Assembly: GCA_963739455.1 (NCBI GenBank)
Contig: CAVUAK010000002.1
Location: forward strand, 320,001 to 384,000
Source of the DNA: an uncultured Gemmatimonadales bacterium
Lineage (GTDB): Bacteria; Gemmatimonadota; Gemmatimonadetes; Gemmatimonadales; GWC2-71-9
Length of the DNA stretch: 64,000 bases
Reading direction: 5' to 3'
This document shows, piece by piece, positions 60,877 through 64,000 of this stretch. Made by a program: the position numbers and the translations under genes. The notes beneath the pieces were generated by a model, which searched no databases, was not told where the DNA came from, and saw nothing but the letters and a program-made list of their open reading frames with translations. Numbering within the stretch: position 1 is the stretch's first letter; every line of letters begins with the position of its first letter.

Positions 60877-63430
60877 ATGATGCCATCCGGCCTGTAACCC
60901 GCGCGGCGCTCCGGTTGCTGCCCGCGGTCCTCCTTGCCCTGCTCCTCTCGGTCGGCCGGCACGCGCCCGGCTCTTTGCCCAGGATCCGATACCGGGATTT
61001 CCCGAGGCGGCACTTCCGAATGCGGCCACGCTACCGCCGGAGCAGGCCCGCGCACTGCTCGCGTCGCGTCCTGACCTGGCGCAGCAGGTGCGCGAGCGTA
61101 TCGCTGCATCCGGGATGACGCCGCAGCAGATCCACGAACGCCTCACCGCCGCCGGCTACCCCGAGGACCTGCTCGATCCGTACATGGCCGGAGCGGGTAC
61201 AGACGCAGCCACGTCAACGACGGCGCCAACAGCCACCACCGTTGACGCCTTGCGCTCGCTCGGAGTCGTGAGCGCCAAGGGCGCAGACAGCCTGCTGGCG
61301 AAGGACTCGACGGCCGCCATCAACAGGGAAATCCTGCAGGACTCACTCGGACGATCCAGGGACCTGGAGGTGTTCGGTCTCGAGGTGTTCCGGCGCCGCA
61401 CGCGCGAGTTCGCCCCGGCGCTCGCCGGGCCTATCGACCCGAACTACGTGCTTGGCCCGGGCGACCTGCTCGTCCTGGTGCTGACGGGAGACGTGGAGAA
61501 GTCCTCGTCCCTCGAGGTGAATCGCGAGGGCTACGTCCTGATCCCGCAGGTGGGCCAGGTGCAGGTGGCCAACCTGACGCTGGGACAGGCAACCGACCTG
61601 CTGTACACCAAGCTGGGCCGTGTCTATTCCGGCATCGGCCGCGGTCCCGACGCCCGCACCAGGTTCCAGCTGTCGGTCGGCAAGATCCGCGCGGTGCAGA
61701 TCTACGTATCTGGTGACGTGGCGCGGCCGGGACTCTATCAGGTGGCGGGAGCGGGCTCGGTGCTGAGCGCCCTGTATTCTGCCGGCGGTCCGACGGCGCG
61801 GGGCACCTTCCGGAAAATCGAGGTGCGCCGCGGCAGTGAGCTGCTCGGCACGGTCGACCTCTACGACTACCTGCTGAGGGGCATCAACAGCACCAATCTC
61901 CGGCTCACCTCGGGCGACGTCGTGTTCGTGCCGCCGCATGGACCCCAGGTAAAGGTGACGGGAGAAATCCTCCGCCCTGCCATCTATGAGCTCGTCCCCA
62001 ACGAGACCCTGCGCGACCTCATCGCGTCGGCTGGTGGCTTCACGGATCAGGCACTGACCACCCGCGTACAGATCAGCCGTATCCTGCCGCCAGCGGCCCG
62101 TGGCACCGGCGGACGCGACCGGGTCGTCATCGACGTGTCGGGCGAGCAGCTCGCCCAGGGTACGGTGCCTCCCTACCCGATGGAAGCAGGCGACTCGGTC
62201 ATCGTCTTCCCGGTCACGCGCCGGCAGCGCGCGGTCGTCACGGTCCAAGGCAATGTCTGGCTTCCGGGGCCGGTGGGATTCACGCCGGGCATGAACCTCG
62301 GCGACGCGATCCGGCTTGCCGGCGGGCCCAAGGCGGATGTCTTCCTTGGCGACGTGCTGGTGATGCGCCTGCAGCCCGACTCGACCCGCATCCAGCTCCG
62401 GAGTGCCCTGGCCGATTCGACCGGGCTGCCGGTTAACAACTTCGCGCTCGCCGAGGATGATCAGATCAGGGTGTTCTCCAGGAGCGACTTTCGGAGCGAC
62501 CGCTATATCGTAATAACCGGTGCCGTGCGGAAGCCGGGCCGGCAGCCTTACAGCGAGGGGATGACACTGCGCGATGCCGCGTTGCTCGCCGACGGACTAC
62601 GCGAAGACGCCTTCCTTGACTACGCGGATGTGGCACGGCTGCCGGCGAGCCGTGCTGATGGACAAGTCGCAACGTCGATCAGGGTCCCGCTCGATTCGAC
62701 TTATGTGTTCGATCGCGGAGCCAATGGGAAGTACCTCGGTCCGCCGGGCCTTCCAGCGCCGGCGTCTGGTGCAAAGTCGTTCGTGCTGGAGCCGTTCGAC
62801 AACATCCTGATCTTCGAGCAGCCTGGCTGGGAATTGCAGCGTGTCGTTGCGCTCACCGGCCAGGTGCAGTTCCCCGGGCGCTATGCCCTTCGCAACCGGA
62901 ACGAGCGCCTGAGCGACCTGATCGCCCAGGCCGGCGGACTGACCAAGGAAGCCTATCCCGAGGGGATCCAGTTCTTCCGGCACAAGGACCAAGCAGGTCG
63001 CATCGGCATCGACCTGCCACTGGCTCTGCAGGATAGCGCGTACCACGACAATCTCGTGCTGGCAGGCGGGGATTCGATCCACATCCCGGAGTACAACCCG
63101 GTCGTGCGCGTGTCCGGCGCAGTCAACGCGCCGTTGGCGGTGACGTGGGCCGAGGGGAAGAACATGGACTTCTACATTGCGTCTTCAGGTGGGTACAGCC
63201 GGGACGCCGACAAGGGTCGGACCTTCGTGACGCAGCCCAGCGGAAAGGTGGAGAGCGTGCACCGCCGTTTCCTGATCCCGGACGGCAAGCCGGTGCCGGC
63301 GGCGGGAGCCACGATTTTCGTTCCGGAGAAGGACAAGACGAAGTCGGGAACCAACACGCTGCAGGTACTTGCGACCGCGGCCACCATTCTGGCCAGCCTC
63401 GCGACGATCATCATCGTCGCGAAGCAGTAG
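60877..63430 (+). CDS. Polysaccharide export protein with SLBB repeats (N-terminus frameshifted, start approximate)
   Basis: YVLGPGD, and repeated V.G.V..PG.Y / L.DLI..AGG units. Confidence 0.88.
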
Positions 63431-63432
63431 CG

Positions 63433-64000
63433 TCAGGCTGAGCGCTTCTTGAGCAGGGCCGTCAGGCCGCGGGCTGGGGTTGCCCGCGGGCCGGCCGCAC
63501 TCGCGGGGGTGTAGTCGGGTACCAGCCGCAAGCAGCAGCATCCGCAATTCGTCGCCGCCCACGCCATTCTGGCACTCGCCCAGCAGCCGGTCCACCGCCG
63601 CCTCGATCCCGACCGGCAACGCGCTGTTCTTGGCGCGCAGTACCTTGGGATGGCTGGTGGGAGCCGCGTTCTCGGAATTGAAGAACAGTTCCTCATAGAG
63701 CTTCTCGCCCGGCCGGGTACCGCTGAACCGGATCTCGATGTCGCCCACCTCGAGGCCCGACAGGCGGATGAGGTCGTTGGCCAGGTCCACGATCTTGAGC
63801 GGCTCGCCCATGTCCAGCACGAATACCTCGCCGCCCTGGCCGATGGCCCCGGCCTGCAGCACCAGCTGCACCGCCTCCGGGATGGTCATGAAATAGCGGC
63901 GCATCTCCGGGTGGGTAATCGTGAGCGGACCGCCCTCGCGGATCTGCCGGAGGAAGGTCGGCACCACGCTCCCACGGCTGCCCAGCACGTTGCCGAACCG
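63433..64000 (-). CDS. CapD/PglF-like nucleotide-sugar dehydratase, 3' part (frameshift near 63530)
   Basis: [37 protein letters not shown]. Confidence 0.93.

Overview
GC-rich bacterial chromosome segment. Gene content and order suggest Gemmatimonadota, which is an inference. Bases 1-38.5 kb are a minus-strand run of housekeeping genes: asparaginase, obgE, dprA, hemW, hrcA-dnaJ-prmA-rsmE, mutS2, dnaG, recJ, rsmD-coaD, an RsbV/W/U-like module, rsmA, rex, arcA, infC-rpmI-rplT, pheST, zapA, rny, folD, xseAB, ispA, dxs, nadK and recN. About 20 frameshifts, many in essential genes, look like long-read assembly errors. Bases 38.5-47 kb hold a Wzi-like protein, an HldE-type kinase, tRNA-Val, two tandem paralogous Ig-repeat lipoproteins with a duplicated promoter and leader, and an FkbM methyltransferase. 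The standout feature is a ~10.9 kb integrative, phage-satellite-like element (47161-58083) in a tRNA-Ile2-like (CAT) gene. Its 40-bp direct repeats duplicate the 5' half of the tRNA instead of the usual 3' half, and it appears to supply the promoter for the intact tRNA. It carries a tyrosine integrase, excisionase, Prim-Pol, D5/P4-type helicase, a candidate origin, a stand-alone integrase arm-domain protein, a possible head-tail adaptor without capsid or terminase genes, a cytoplasmic trypsin-like protease, and a candidate small-RNA/attenuator pair in place of a recognisable repressor. Bases 58-64 kb encode YbjQ, two glycosyltransferases, an SLBB polysaccharide export protein and the 3' end of a CapD-like dehydratase. 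All calls come from reading the sequence; no database search was run.
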